From positions 1,952,001 through 2,016,000 of the forward strand of contig OZ242214.1 of the NCBI GenBank assembly GCA_965206595.1: DNA of 64,000 nt. The letters are read 5' to 3'. The notes below the pieces were generated by a model. It made no database searches. It saw only the letters and a program-made list of their open reading frames with translations, and was not told the DNA's origin. The position numbers and the translations under genes were made by a program. Position 1 is the first letter of the stretch, and the number at the start of each line of letters is the position of its first letter. The stretch comes from Candidatus Latescibacterota bacterium. GTDB taxonomy: Bacteria; Latescibacterota; UBA2968; UBA8231. Positions 26,398 to 38,017 of this stretch are shown piece after piece.

Positions 26398-27765
26398 ATG
26401 ACCAAAAAGCAGATCGACACAGACTCGGTTCGGGAGCGCGACCGCGCCCACGTTTGGCATCCGCTTTTACAGCACAGCCTGCTCGAACACCAGGACCTGA
26501 TGGTGCTCGACAGGGGAGAAGGCTGTTTCCTCTTCGACAGCGATGGCCGGCGATATCTCGACGGGTACTCCGGACTGTGGAACGTCAATGTCGGCTACGG
26601 ACGCACGGAGATCGCCGCGGCCGTGCACGAACAGCTGCAGCGGCTCCCCTATTATCCGCAGTCCCAGATCAACGAGCCCGCGGCGACGCTGGCCTCCCGC
26701 CTGGCGGAGATTCTACCCGGCGACTTGGGCCACGTGTTCTATTCCAACAGCGGCTCCGAGGCGAACGAGACCGCCTTCAAGATCGCCCGGCAGTACGGCC
26801 GCCAGAAGTTCCCGGGGCAGAATCGCTACAAGATCATCTCACGATACCAGGGATATCACGGATTCACCTTCGGGGCGATGTCGGCGACCGGCCAGACGAG
26901 CCGGCGCTCGAAGTTCGAGCCCCTGGTACCTGGATTCCTGCATGTCGATCCCCCTTACTGCTTCCGCTGTCCCCTGAAGCTGACGTACCCCAGTTGCGGT
27001 ATTGCATGTGTCGAGGAAGTCGAGGAAGTGATCAGACGTGAAGATCCGGAAACAGTGGCGGCGGTGGTTGCCGAACCTGTCATCGGAGGGGGTGGGGTGA
27101 TCGTACCTCCCGACGAGTACCTTCCTCGCCTGCGAGCGATCTGCGACCGTTACGGAGTTTTGCTTATTCTCGACGAGGTGATCACAGGTTTCGGCCGCAC
27201 CGGAGCGCTCTTCGCCGCCCAGCACTGGGACGTGGTGCCCGATATTATGACACTCGCCAAGGGGGTGACGAGCGGCTACCTGCCACTGGCTGCATGCGCC
27301 GTCCTCCCCCACGTCTTCGAGACCTTTCTCGGAGCGCCCGGAGAGCAGCGCGAGCTGGCCCAGGTTTCGACCTACGGAGGCCATCCGGCCTGTTGTGCGG
27401 CGGCCTTGGCCAACATCGATATACTGCTGAATGAGGGATTGACCGAGAACGCCGCAACAGTCGGTTCCTATCTACTGGAACAGCTCGCTGCGCTACGATC
27501 ACCGGTGCTGGGAGACGTGCGTGGCAAGGGGTTGATGCTGGCGCTGGAGCTGACCGAGCCGGGAGGCAGGGAGCTGCTGAACGCCGGTGCAACGGCTGCG
27601 GTGAAGAGTGCCATACGGGACGCCGGCGTCATCGTCGGACAGATGAGCCACGTGATCCCGGCGCCGGAGAGCATCCTCTATCTGGCGCCCCCGCTGATTC
27701 TGACCGCGGCAGAGGCGGACATGATCGTCGAAGTAGTGACCGCGGGGCTGGGGGCAGCGGCGTAG
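26398..27765 (+). CDS. class III PLP aminotransferase (omega-amino acid/BioA-like)
   Basis: YLDG.SGLW.VN.G.GR, SGSEANE, YHG.T.G, EPV.GGGG, DEVITGFGRTG and PDIMTLAKG.TSGY. Confidence 0.94.
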   Translation: MTKKQIDTDSVRERDRAHVWHPLLQHSLLEHQDLMVLDRGEGCFLFDSDGRRYLDGYSGLWNVNVGYGRTEIAAAVHEQLQRLPYYPQSQINEPAATLASRLAEILPGDLGHVFYSNSGSEANETAFKIARQYGRQKFPGQNRYKIISRYQGYHGFTFGAMSATGQTSRRSKFEPLVPGFLHVDPPYCFRCPLKLTYPSCGIACVEEVEEVIRREDPETVAAVVAEPVIGGGGVIVPPDEYLPRLRAICDRYGVLLILDEVITGFGRTGALFAAQHWDVVPDIMTLAKGVTSGYLPLAACAVLPHVFETFLGAPGEQRELAQVSTYGGHPACCAAALANIDILLNEGLTENAATVGSYLLEQLAALRSPVLGDVRGKGLMLALELTEPGGRELLNAGATAAVKSAIRDAGVIVGQMSHVIPAPESILYLAPPLILTAAEADMIVEVVTAGLGAAA

Positions 27766-27777
27766 CACCGCTGCGTC

Positions 27778-28482
27778 TCAACCCCCTTTGGAAAGATGGT
27801 AGACGATCAGGTCTGTCGCCTCTCCGGCGCTCATGCGGCCGGTGTTGATCGTCAGGTGGTAGAGCAGGAGATCGTCCCAGTCGGCGTCGTGGTGGTTCCT
27901 GAGGTACAGCTTGCGCCAGCGATCGTGCTGTTCGACCAGCTCCTTCGCCTGATCGAAGCTGACATTACGCGATTGCATCAGGCGCTCGCATCTGACCTCG
28001 AGCGGGGCGATGATCTTCACGTGCACGGCCTTGTCGCGGCCCGAAAGAATCAACTGGCTGGCGCGGCCGACGATCACCGCCTTGCCCGCTTCGCCGTAGT
28101 CCTGGATCAGGGTGGTAATCAGGAGCTGGTAGGTACCGCGATCAAGGTAGGCGGCCTGTTCGCCTCCCTCCCTCTCGAGAACGTACGGGAATTCGAGCCC
28201 GAACTCGGGAAAATAGGCTGCCGACGAAAGCGGGAAACCACCCGGACTCATTTCGGGAACGAGCAGTCGCTTCAGGAAATAGCGCACCCTGCCCTCTCCC
28301 TTTTCGTCGTACTTCTCCACCTCCTCGACCGAGGTGTCGGTTATGCTGGCAATCTCCTCGACGAGCCGGCGATCGACATACTCGTAACCGAGGGCCTTGG
28401 CGACGTTCTCGGCGATGCGATCTCCCTCGCTGCCGAGCTGCCGGGAGACGGTGACTACATCCAGTTCCACGTCGAATCCCAT
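27778..28482 (-). CDS. cytidylate kinase-like family protein
   Basis: VTVSRQLGSEG, VIVGR, H.KI.APLE.R, D..R..Y and YHL.INTG. Confidence 0.88.
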   Translation of the reverse strand: MGFDVELDVVTVSRQLGSEGDRIAENVAKALGYEYVDRRLVEEIASITDTSVEEVEKYDEKGEGRVRYFLKRLLVPEMSPGGFPLSSAAYFPEFGLEFPYVLEREGGEQAAYLDRGTYQLLITTLIQDYGEAGKAVIVGRASQLILSGRDKAVHVKIIAPLEVRCERLMQSRNVSFDQAKELVEQHDRWRKLYLRNHHDADWDDLLLYHLTINTGRMSAGEATDLIVYHLSKGG

Positions 28483-28677
28483 CCTGTTCCGGTCGCTGTC
28501 AAACTAACCAATCCCCCTGCCAGTGGCAACAAATCGAAGCGTCCCGAAGCGGTGAGAAACAAGCGCCGTGGAAAAAATATAGGATAGTGGTTATCTTTAT
28601 ACGAGTGTTGCAGTTACGGCAATTCCAGGGGTGGAAAATCCCTCCCTTGGAGCCCCCGGAAACCCGCGCAATCGACA

Positions 28678-29955
28678 TTGCCCAGAAGCGCCCTCCGTAT
28701 CCTCGTAGCCGTTCAGAACCCCGCAACTGAAGAGGCTCTTGTGCGCCTGGCAGCGACCCTCGCCTCGCTGCCGGGAGGACAGCTGTATCTGACCCATGTC
28801 ATGCGGTCGAACGGCACCAGCGAGGCCGAGCGCAACCGGACACTGTCGCGGGCAGCATCAGTGGCAAGGGAAACGGGGGCAGATGCGGAGCCCCACCTGC
28901 TGAAGGGCAAAGACGTCACCCAGGTCATCAGTTCGGCGGCCAGAAGCTGGGAATGCAACATGATGGTCATGGGCTGGTACGGGGATGTGAATCGCGAGGC
29001 CGTTCTTTCTTCCGACAACCGAGCCCTGGCAAAATCCGTCGACCTCGACACGCTGATCTTCAAGGAGAAGAGCTTCCGCCCCGCGCGCAAGATCATCGTT
29101 CCGACCGGGGGCGGCAGCCACTCACTCATGGGGCTGCAGATCGCCGCGGACCTCGCCCAGGCGTGGGGATCGGAACTGCGCGTGCTGCGGGTGGCTCGCG
29201 ACCGTGAATGCCGGCCGCGAGATCCGATTCTGGAGCGCTACTGCAGCCAGGTGTACGCCGACACCGAGCTGCGGCTGAAGCTGCTCGGAATCGAGGCCGA
29301 CATCGACGTCGTGCCTTCCGTCGACATAGTGGAACCGATCATCGAACGCACCCGCAAAGACGACTTCCTCGTTCTCGGGGCTTCCAACGACTGGCGGCAG
29401 GAGGAGTTTCTGGCCGGCTCGATTCCGGATGAGATCGCCTTTGAATCCCCTTGTTCGGTTCTTATGGTGAGGTCGAGGTCAACCGAAAACAACAGGTTGA
29501 GCGGGATCTTTTTCGAAAACACCATCCGCCTTCAGCTGCAAACCCGGGACAAATGGAACGCCATCGGACAGATGGTCGATGTTCTTGTGGAGGAGAGACA
29601 GATCCCCGCCTCACAGCGCGACCACGTCCTCGGTTCGGCGTTGCATCGCGAACGCAAGAGCAGCACCGCCATGGGGAGGGAGACCGCGATCCCCCATGCG
29701 GCGATCGAGAACCTCCCCAGCATCATCGGCGCCCTCGGAATCTGCCGCGAAGGCGTCGACTTCGACGGACTGGACGGCGAACCGGTGCGCTACATCTTTC
29801 TACTCCTCACTCCGAGGCAGAACTACCGCAGCTACATCCCCGTGCTCGCCCAGATCGCCTCGCTGATGCGGGGAGAGGATACCCGTTCCATGCTTCTCGA
29901 CTGCCGCACCCCCGCCGAGCTCACCGCCCTCCTGAAGCGACGGGAATCGGGCTGA
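28678..29955 (+). CDS. tandem universal-stress-protein domains fused to a PTS EIIA (Fru/Ntr-type) domain
   Basis: RILVAV.NP, KIIVPTGGG.HS and VLGAS...GSIPD.IA....CSVLMV (USP); RE..SSTA.G...AIPHA, GVDF...DG.PV..IFLL (EIIA with phospho-His). Confidence 0.85.
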   Translation: MPRSALRILVAVQNPATEEALVRLAATLASLPGGQLYLTHVMRSNGTSEAERNRTLSRAASVARETGADAEPHLLKGKDVTQVISSAARSWECNMMVMGWYGDVNREAVLSSDNRALAKSVDLDTLIFKEKSFRPARKIIVPTGGGSHSLMGLQIAADLAQAWGSELRVLRVARDRECRPRDPILERYCSQVYADTELRLKLLGIEADIDVVPSVDIVEPIIERTRKDDFLVLGASNDWRQEEFLAGSIPDEIAFESPCSVLMVRSRSTENNRLSGIFFENTIRLQLQTRDKWNAIGQMVDVLVEERQIPASQRDHVLGSALHRERKSSTAMGRETAIPHAAIENLPSIIGALGICREGVDFDGLDGEPVRYIFLLLTPRQNYRSYIPVLAQIASLMRGEDTRSMLLDCRTPAELTALLKRRESG

Positions 29956-30041
29956 GAGCCGCTGGAAAACCCCTTTTCCCCGCCCCTCGGCGCCCCTGAA
30001 GAGCATTTCCTTCAAGGGCCCCCCAACCTGCCCTCCAGGCA

Positions 30042-30989
30042 TTGAAGAGCCGGCACTATAGCTCCCACCCCGCCGCAGCCGCGGTCGATCTGGGAACCAA
30101 TACCATTCTGATGGTTGCGGGCAGGAGGCGGTCGCCACGCCCTGGAGACCTCGAGATCCTCGACGACGCTCATGCCATCGCGCGGCTCGGACAGGGGGTC
30201 GATGCCGAGCGTCGCATTCAACCCGAGGCGATCGATCGCGTCTGCGATTGCCTGCTGCGCTACCGTGACAGGGCGGCCGGCCTCGGCGCGACCTGGATAC
30301 GGGCCTACGGGACCTCGGCGCTGCGCGATGCCTCCAACAAGAGGGAGCTGATCGCCGCAGTGGTCGAGAGAACCGGGGTCGAACTCGTCGAGCTCTCCGG
30401 GGAGGAGGAGGCCCGCCTGACCTTCACGGGGGCGGCCTTCGGACTGGATCTTCCGGAGCGCTACGGAGTCGTCGACATCGGCGGAGGTTCTACCGAACTG
30501 GCCCTGGGCAAGGGTGACGGCACGGTGGAACAATCGATCTCCGTCGATGTGGGCGCCGTCCGCGTCAGCGAGCGGCTCTTTCCCTCCCTGCCCCCCTCGC
30601 CGGGGCAGGTCTGGAAAGCCCAAGAGATGATTGCCAGTGTGATGGCAAACCTCTTCGATGTCCCCTCCGGGATCCCGGTCGTCGGAGTGGCCGGAACCGT
30701 AACGACTCTCGGGGCGCTCGACCGGAGGATCGAGCGCTTCGACTCCGCGGAGCTCGACGGCCAGGTTCTCGCGCGTCCACGCGTGGTGGAGCTGAGCGAC
30801 ATGCTTCTCGGGTTGAACCTCGAACAAATACGGGCCCTTCCTCAGGTGAGTGATCAGCGGGCTGACATAATCACCGCGGGCTCGCTCATCCTGCGCCGCT
30901 TCCTGGAACAGTTCGGCCTGCCATCGGTCACTGTATCGACCAAGGGAATTCGCTACGGACTGCTGCAGCAGATGCTTGCCGGGGAATAG
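30042..30989 (+). CDS. Ppx/GppA exopolyphosphatase family
   Basis: VDLGTNT, RLGQG, TSALRDA.N, SGEEEA, VDIGGGSTE, VAGTVTT, RADII.AG and GIRYG. Confidence 0.94.
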   Translation: MKSRHYSSHPAAAAVDLGTNTILMVAGRRRSPRPGDLEILDDAHAIARLGQGVDAERRIQPEAIDRVCDCLLRYRDRAAGLGATWIRAYGTSALRDASNKRELIAAVVERTGVELVELSGEEEARLTFTGAAFGLDLPERYGVVDIGGGSTELALGKGDGTVEQSISVDVGAVRVSERLFPSLPPSPGQVWKAQEMIASVMANLFDVPSGIPVVGVAGTVTTLGALDRRIERFDSAELDGQVLARPRVVELSDMLLGLNLEQIRALPQVSDQRADIITAGSLILRRFLEQFGLPSVTVSTKGIRYGLLQQMLAGE

Positions 30990-31060
30990 CAGAGGGACGG
31001 AAGTCGCCTCAAGACGTGCCGGAAAGAAGGCGGTTCTTGCGTCGATTCTCCCGGGTGGGA

Positions 31061-32323
31061 TCACCTGGACAGGCTGGGCCGTTTCTCCATATCCGACACC
31101 CCGGGGGTATCAGGGCCTCCCCCCGGCTTGGATGCAACGCAGCCCGCTTCTACACCCCATCGGTAGGGGCGGCCCTTCCAGTCGAAGCTGCCCAGCGCCC
31201 CGAACAGGCCAACGGCGACGATGTAGAGGGGATGACTCAGGGTCCAGGGCAGAAACTGCCAGTGGAGATCCCGGCGCTGGAATACCTGCCTGGCGCGGGC
31301 GAACAGCGCTCCTTCAGCGGCGCTCTTCGCGAGCCAGGCAGCCGCGACGGAGAACCAGCTGACGGTCCCCCACCAGGCGAGAACGGGTGTCGCCAGGAGC
31401 ATTGCACTCATGGCGAAGGTGCAGACCAGGTAGGCGAAGAAGGGCGGGTCGAGCAAGGCTTGGCAGGGAGCGTTCGAAGCCCAGCGGCTGCGTTTGGCGA
31501 GAAGCCCCGAAAGGGATGGGGAGGGGGGGTGGGCAACGTGCCCGTCGGCATCTCCCGCAAACAGAATACGCCACCGCCGCGTGCGCCGGATGAGCTGCAT
31601 CAGGAGTACGTCGTCGCCCGAACCCCTGTGCATGATGCGGCCGTATCCGCCGACCTCATCGTACGCCGCCTTGCGAAAGCCGAGACTCTGCCCCGACGCG
31701 GCCAGTGCCCGCCCGCGACCGGCGCCGGCCGCGGCCGAGGCCATCAGGTTGAGGAAATCGACCGCCTCCCAACCTCCGAGAGCTCCCAACCGACCGTTGT
31801 CCAAGCGTATCCCGGAGTAGCCGATGACCACGCCGACAGTGTCCTCGTCGAAGCGGAGCGCCATGGAGGACCCCCAGCTGGGAGGCAGGCGGCAGTCGGC
31901 GTCGGTGGTCAGGACAACCTCCCCTGCCGCCTTCTCGACGCCGAGCGACAGGGCCCTCTTCTTCGATCCCGCCCGCCCAGGAAACCCGGAAGTCTCGAGA
32001 ATGGTCAGGCGAAGGTCGCTGCCGCGGGCGAACTCCCTGGCGAGTTTCGCGGTGCGGTCGGTCGAGCCGTCGTCGACGAGGATCACCTCGTATTTCTCCG
32101 ATGGCAGCGTCTGACGGTCCAGCCCCCGCAGGCAGGCGACGATGTTGTCCTCCTCGTTGCGGGCGGCGATAACGATGGAGATTTCCCGACGGGGGTGGGT
32201 GGGCTTTTTCCGGGTTCGGTTGACCTCCTCGCGGGAGGGGAGTCCCTGCCGGAACCAGAGGACCCCGGCGGCGTAGACGGCAGTGAGCCCTGCCAGCGCG
32301 ACCTCGATGACAGACGCGTCCAC
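31061..32323 (-). CDS. glycosyltransferase family 2, membrane-anchored
   Basis: IAARNEE, VDDGSTD, TTDADC, GDD and KRSRWAS; N- and C-terminal TM helices. GTG start assumed just after the upstream stop. Confidence 0.88.
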   Translation of the reverse strand: MDASVIEVALAGLTAVYAAGVLWFRQGLPSREEVNRTRKKPTHPRREISIVIAARNEEDNIVACLRGLDRQTLPSEKYEVILVDDGSTDRTAKLAREFARGSDLRLTILETSGFPGRAGSKKRALSLGVEKAAGEVVLTTDADCRLPPSWGSSMALRFDEDTVGVVIGYSGIRLDNGRLGALGGWEAVDFLNLMASAAAGAGRGRALAASGQSLGFRKAAYDEVGGYGRIMHRGSGDDVLLMQLIRRTRRWRILFAGDADGHVAHPPSPSLSGLLAKRSRWASNAPCQALLDPPFFAYLVCTFAMSAMLLATPVLAWWGTVSWFSVAAAWLAKSAAEGALFARARQVFQRRDLHWQFLPWTLSHPLYIVAVGLFGALGSFDWKGRPYRWGVEAGCVASKPGGGPDTPGVSDMEKRPSLSR

Positions 32324-32334
32324 CGCCGCCGGGG

Positions 32335-33399
32335 CTAACCGCGCAGCTCTTTGACAAGCGTGAACATGCCGCGGTACCCCTCCGAGCAGTTGCGGCACAT
32401 GTCGACCGACTTGCGATCGGCCAGGATTTTCCGACGGAAGTCCATGTACGCACGTCCGCGCCAGATGTCGCGGAAGTCTCGGCCGGGATCGAAGCTATCC
32501 CCCATCCCGAAGTCGACATCCTTGTCGAAGCAGCAGGGAGCCACGGCCCCGTTCCAGTTCACCATCGAGGAATACCACAGCACCTTGCATCCCTTGCTGG
32601 GCTGACCCTTGACGAGCAACTCCCCGGAGGGGGAATCTTCGTAGCGCCGATAGTCGCCGTCTTCGGGCAGAAACTCTTCCACTTCCTCCGAAGAGTACAC
32701 CTGCGCAGTCTTGACGAGGAATTTCTCGGCGCCCAGCTCGGCTGCCAGTCGCTCCGCCTCGGCGATGTCCCCCTCGTTATGGCGAAATACGATGAACTGC
32801 AGGTTGACGAGGGGGATTCTGGAGCCGAGTTCCGACTTGGCCTGTGCCAGCAGGCGGGCGCCGCGAATGACGTAGTCGAAACGCCCTCCGACGCGGTAGC
32901 GCTCGTACGTCTCCTGGTCGACTCCGTCGAGCGAAACGATGATTTCGTCGAGTCCGGAAGCGACGATCGCCCGGGCCTGCTCGATGTTGCGTATGTAATG
33001 GCCGTTGGTGCTCGTCATCGTCGGGATCCGTCTGTCCCGGGCGTAGCGAACCATGTCGACGAAACCCTTGTTGATGAAGGGCTCCCCCTGGTTCCACAGC
33101 ATCAGCAGGACCAGGTGCTCACCTACCTCGTCGATGAGCCTCTTGAAGTCGTCGAGGTTCATGTGGCCGCGGGCCCGTTTCATCTCCCCGTTGCCGGAAG
33201 GGCACAAAGGGCACTTCAGATTACAGAAGTTCGTCGGCTCGATCATCATCATGAACGGCCGGCCCCAGACGACGGGACGACCCGTGGCCGACGAGAGCCC
33301 CATCGAAGCCAGCACCTTGCCCGCGTTCCACAGTCGTTTCCAGGTGAAGGCGTACCCGTAGCGTTCGATGTACCTGGGAATCGCCCTGGGGGACAGCAT
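32335..33399 (-). CDS. radical SAM protein with SPASM/twitch domain
   Basis: IEPTNFCNLKCPLC, GEP, STNG and SLDG; C-terminal C...W....V..NG.V.PCC.D...C..C. Confidence 0.92.
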   Translation of the reverse strand: MLSPRAIPRYIERYGYAFTWKRLWNAGKVLASMGLSSATGRPVVWGRPFMMMIEPTNFCNLKCPLCPSGNGEMKRARGHMNLDDFKRLIDEVGEHLVLLMLWNQGEPFINKGFVDMVRYARDRRIPTMTSTNGHYIRNIEQARAIVASGLDEIIVSLDGVDQETYERYRVGGRFDYVIRGARLLAQAKSELGSRIPLVNLQFIVFRHNEGDIAEAERLAAELGAEKFLVKTAQVYSSEEVEEFLPEDGDYRRYEDSPSGELLVKGQPSKGCKVLWYSSMVNWNGAVAPCCFDKDVDFGMGDSFDPGRDFRDIWRGRAYMDFRRKILADRKSVDMCRNCSEGYRGMFTLVKELRG

Positions 33400-33464
33400 A
33401 AAGGCCAATGGAATCTGTTTCCGGTGTCGGTGGTTGGCAGTGCGGGTCGATCGGCAGTGGCGCC

Positions 33465-34607
33465 CTACGTCGCCTGGAATTCCTCTTCATCCTCCCCCTC
33501 CTCGCGCCAGCGAAACCAGCCCGCGGTGCCAGCGGGCACGAACAGCAGGACGTATGGAATATAGAGAAATTCGAGAATCGGCAAGAAAAGGATCAGCCTG
33601 CGGTCTTCGGCTGTCGGCGCGAAACCCTGAAGCAGAAGGAAATCTATTAACCAGCGTGCTCCCCAGACCGCGGGGAAAACGGCCGGCACCCTCTCGAACA
33701 GGAAGGTCTGAACTACCCCCCACAGCAGGGTCAGGTGAAGGAGGTAGACGGCCGCCCCCAGCACCTTCGCGGCCCCTCGATAGTGCCCCGCCTTGGAGGC
33801 GTGGCGCAGTTTCTGGTGCATGAGCCCATACCAGGATTCAGGTCCGGGATCACATGCAACCACCGCCTCGGGGTCGCGGCAGAAAACGAACTGCCAGTCG
33901 GTGGCCTCGGCTACCAGCCGGGCGAAGTAGACGTCGTCGCCGGCTACGAGATGGCCGATGTCGGCGTACCCTCCGACCTCGTCGTACACGCGCCGCCTGA
34001 AGGCGAGATTTCTACCCGTGCAGGAGAGCACGGCCCCTCTCCCGATGCTGCCGGCCGCAAGGGCGCTGACGGCGAGGTTGTCCAGGGCAAGTACCCGGTG
34101 CCGCAGCCACCTCGTCCTGCGCGGCCTCGCGTACCCTGCGACCAGCCCGACGCCGGCGGCGAACATGGAGGCCGTTATGCGCACCCAGGCCGGTGACGGC
34201 TCGCAGTCGGCGTCGGTGAACAGCAGCAGCTCGCCGGAGCTGGCGGCGATCCCCCGTGCCAGGGCGCTCTTCTTCGGGCACTCGAACTCCCCATCCCCCT
34301 GGCTCAGCGACACCGGCTTTAGAGCGGGCCACTTCCCGGCGATTTCCCGAAGAATTTCCGCGGTTCGGTCGCTGGAGCGGTCGTCGACCACAACGACTTC
34401 GAACCTGCCGGCATAGTCCTGGAGCTGAAGCGACCGCAGGCAGGTGGAGATCGTGGCCTCCTCGTTGCGCGCCGCGATGATTACGCTGACGTCGGGAGTG
34501 GCCCCGGAGGCCGCTGGGGCCACTCGCCGGAGCCCCAGCAACAGCCATCCGACGGCAGCGGCGTACGCGCATCCGAGGAGGATCATCGCCGCCTGGAGCT
34601 CAAGCAT
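33465..34607 (-). CDS. glycosyltransferase family 2, membrane-anchored
   Basis: IAARNEE, VDDRSSD, PKK.AL, FTDADC, GDD and QKLRHASK; flanking TM helices. Confidence 0.9.
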   Translation of the reverse strand: MLELQAAMILLGCAYAAAVGWLLLGLRRVAPAASGATPDVSVIIAARNEEATISTCLRSLQLQDYAGRFEVVVVDDRSSDRTAEILREIAGKWPALKPVSLSQGDGEFECPKKSALARGIAASSGELLLFTDADCEPSPAWVRITASMFAAGVGLVAGYARPRRTRWLRHRVLALDNLAVSALAAGSIGRGAVLSCTGRNLAFRRRVYDEVGGYADIGHLVAGDDVYFARLVAEATDWQFVFCRDPEAVVACDPGPESWYGLMHQKLRHASKAGHYRGAAKVLGAAVYLLHLTLLWGVVQTFLFERVPAVFPAVWGARWLIDFLLLQGFAPTAEDRRLILFLPILEFLYIPYVLLFVPAGTAGWFRWREEGEDEEEFQAT

Positions 34608-34669
34608 CGATCACGAAGGGTGAGGGTGGAAGGCGAAAGGGCCTCCAGGGCCTGATCCTGCCCTGGAGG

Positions 34670-36451
34670 TCAGAAATAACCGTAACGGAGATCGAAGCTG
34701 ACATCCCGGCTCGAGCCATCGCCGTAACCTGTGCGGCTCTCCAGGGCAATGTTCGGCCGCCACCTGGGAGGAAGGGGGACGTTGGTTCCCCATTCATGGG
34801 CGTAACCAACCGCCACCCCGAGGGCGGGGCGCACCCTCCATTCCAGATTCAGCGACAGCCTGGTCCAGACGTGGAGGTTTCCAGCGAGGAATTCCTTGGA
34901 TTCACGGTCGTCCAACGGACGCCAGCCGCGATGCAGGTCCCCGCCGACATTGAGAACGGTACCGTCCTCCAGGATTTCGTTGCTCCCGTGGCGGGTGCGC
35001 GACAGGTTCGCCCCCAGACTCAGATCGCGGTTGAATCGGCGGCTCGCGGCCAACTCCAAGCGGTCGGCGTTCGGACCGAGCGAATGCCCGAGTGGGGAGT
35101 CGAAATGACGGAAAGTGTTGATCGGGAACTTGTGCGTATAGATCCAGGGCTCGATACGCACGTACTCGGCGCGCAGATCGGTATCCCGCAAACCGGCCGG
35201 ATCTACCCACAACAGGCCTGTCTGCAGGGAAAACTTGTTGGCGAAGTCATCGCTGAAGATACGCAGCTTCTTGAGGTCGTCGACGACGTAGGCGAGGTGG
35301 AACTTCATCCCGTTTCCCGGATGGAGATCGAAATCGATGCCCATCATCAGGTTGTCCTTGTCACCCTGGTAGCTCTGGGCCGCCCAGTAGAACATCACCG
35401 GGTTGAGGTAGGTTGGCTGCGGGGGTCGGTCGCCGTACACCAGAACCTCGTGTAAGCCGACGTCGAGCCAGTCGAAAAGGGATGCTTCCACGCGGTGAGC
35501 GGCGAGGTACTTGCCGCGCTCCAACGGGCGCCTGACTCCGTTGACGAGGTACGACGCGGAACTATCGCCGACACCGGCACATTGGGGGGAATCGGGCCGG
35601 TCGGGACATGGGCGGAGGGCGCCGGCGATGCTCACCAGCTTGAGTATTCCGAACTGCCCGCGCAGACGGATCATGTCGAACGCTGGAGCATTGTCGCTCA
35701 ACCCGAGGTTGTCCCTCGCCGCCGGGCCCCAACTCGCCTGACCTTTTCCGACCTCGACCATGAGATCCGGCAGCGGCGAAAAAAACAGCGCCGCTGTTCC
35801 CTCGTGAAAATCCGCTATATTGCCCTTCAGCTGCGGAACCTCCAGGCGGCGCTCGAAGACGTCGTCGCGAATCCGGTAGCTGCGGGTCCCCTGCTCGCGC
35901 GTCTGCAGAAAGGCGATGCGGAAGCCGACGCGCTCCCAGGCTTCACCCCACAGCACCCCCCCGAGCCCGTTTCGGTACACCTGCTCGCTACCAGCGCGGT
36001 TCAACCCGGAATGGACATCGATCTGATGTCGCAGCAGGAGATCGGCAAAAAGTTCCCCTTGGGGAGCGGAATAACCCACCAGCGGTTCGCCGCGGTGGAC
36101 CCGCGCCAGCGCGCTTCCCCCGGAGCGGTCCGCCGCCGGGCTGCCGGTGGAGGAAGCGGCATCCTCAAGATCGAATTCCCGGCGCAGCAGGTCGAGCTCC
36201 GATTGCTCCACCTTGCTGAGGCGCTCGTGGTTCTCGCCGACCCGTCGCAGGGCCGCGGCCATTTCGGATCGCGTGAACGGTTTGATGCCGTCCCCCAGGC
36301 GCACGAGCACCCCTTTCGTCTCACAACGTTCCAGAAAGCGGTAGCTCCAGTGAGCGATCGAAACTGGGGTGGAGCCACCCCCGGCCGCCCCGGAATGAGT
36401 GTGCGCCAAAATCGCGACGAGCGCACTTAAACCCAGTCTTGACAGTATCAT
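34670..36451 (-). CDS. capsule assembly Wzi-like outer-membrane protein
   Basis: Signal peptide, KPFTR.E, WGP....L.LSDNAP, K.LAAHR.E, YLNP, DN...G.D and LGH.LGPN.D; C-terminal Phe typical of beta-barrels. Confidence 0.78.
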   Translation of the reverse strand: MILSRLGLSALVAILAHTHSGAAGGGSTPVSIAHWSYRFLERCETKGVLVRLGDGIKPFTRSEMAAALRRVGENHERLSKVEQSELDLLRREFDLEDAASSTGSPAADRSGGSALARVHRGEPLVGYSAPQGELFADLLLRHQIDVHSGLNRAGSEQVYRNGLGGVLWGEAWERVGFRIAFLQTREQGTRSYRIRDDVFERRLEVPQLKGNIADFHEGTAALFFSPLPDLMVEVGKGQASWGPAARDNLGLSDNAPAFDMIRLRGQFGILKLVSIAGALRPCPDRPDSPQCAGVGDSSASYLVNGVRRPLERGKYLAAHRVEASLFDWLDVGLHEVLVYGDRPPQPTYLNPVMFYWAAQSYQGDKDNLMMGIDFDLHPGNGMKFHLAYVVDDLKKLRIFSDDFANKFSLQTGLLWVDPAGLRDTDLRAEYVRIEPWIYTHKFPINTFRHFDSPLGHSLGPNADRLELAASRRFNRDLSLGANLSRTRHGSNEILEDGTVLNVGGDLHRGWRPLDDRESKEFLAGNLHVWTRLSLNLEWRVRPALGVAVGYAHEWGTNVPLPPRWRPNIALESRTGYGDGSSRDVSFDLRYGYF

Positions 36452-36595
36452 ACGTGCCGGATAGTTTGCCCGCCCGCAAGCGGGAGATGTGGTCGAGGGA
36501 CGGATGGCCCTTCCGTCCGCGGGGATCCCAAAAGTGCTCAGGTCGCGCGAGCCGGGCAAACGACTCGGAACATCAGCAGGAAAAAAATCAGGTGA

Positions 36596-37897
<1,302 letters not shown>

Positions 37898-38017
37898 CCA
37901 ATCCGGGCCCCCGGCTTGGGCAACCCCCCTACGTACCACCGATATTCCCGGAGCCCGGGTACTGTTGCTCCAAATTCTCACATCGACTTCATGGAATTCC
38001 AGTTGTTCTTCAGTGAA

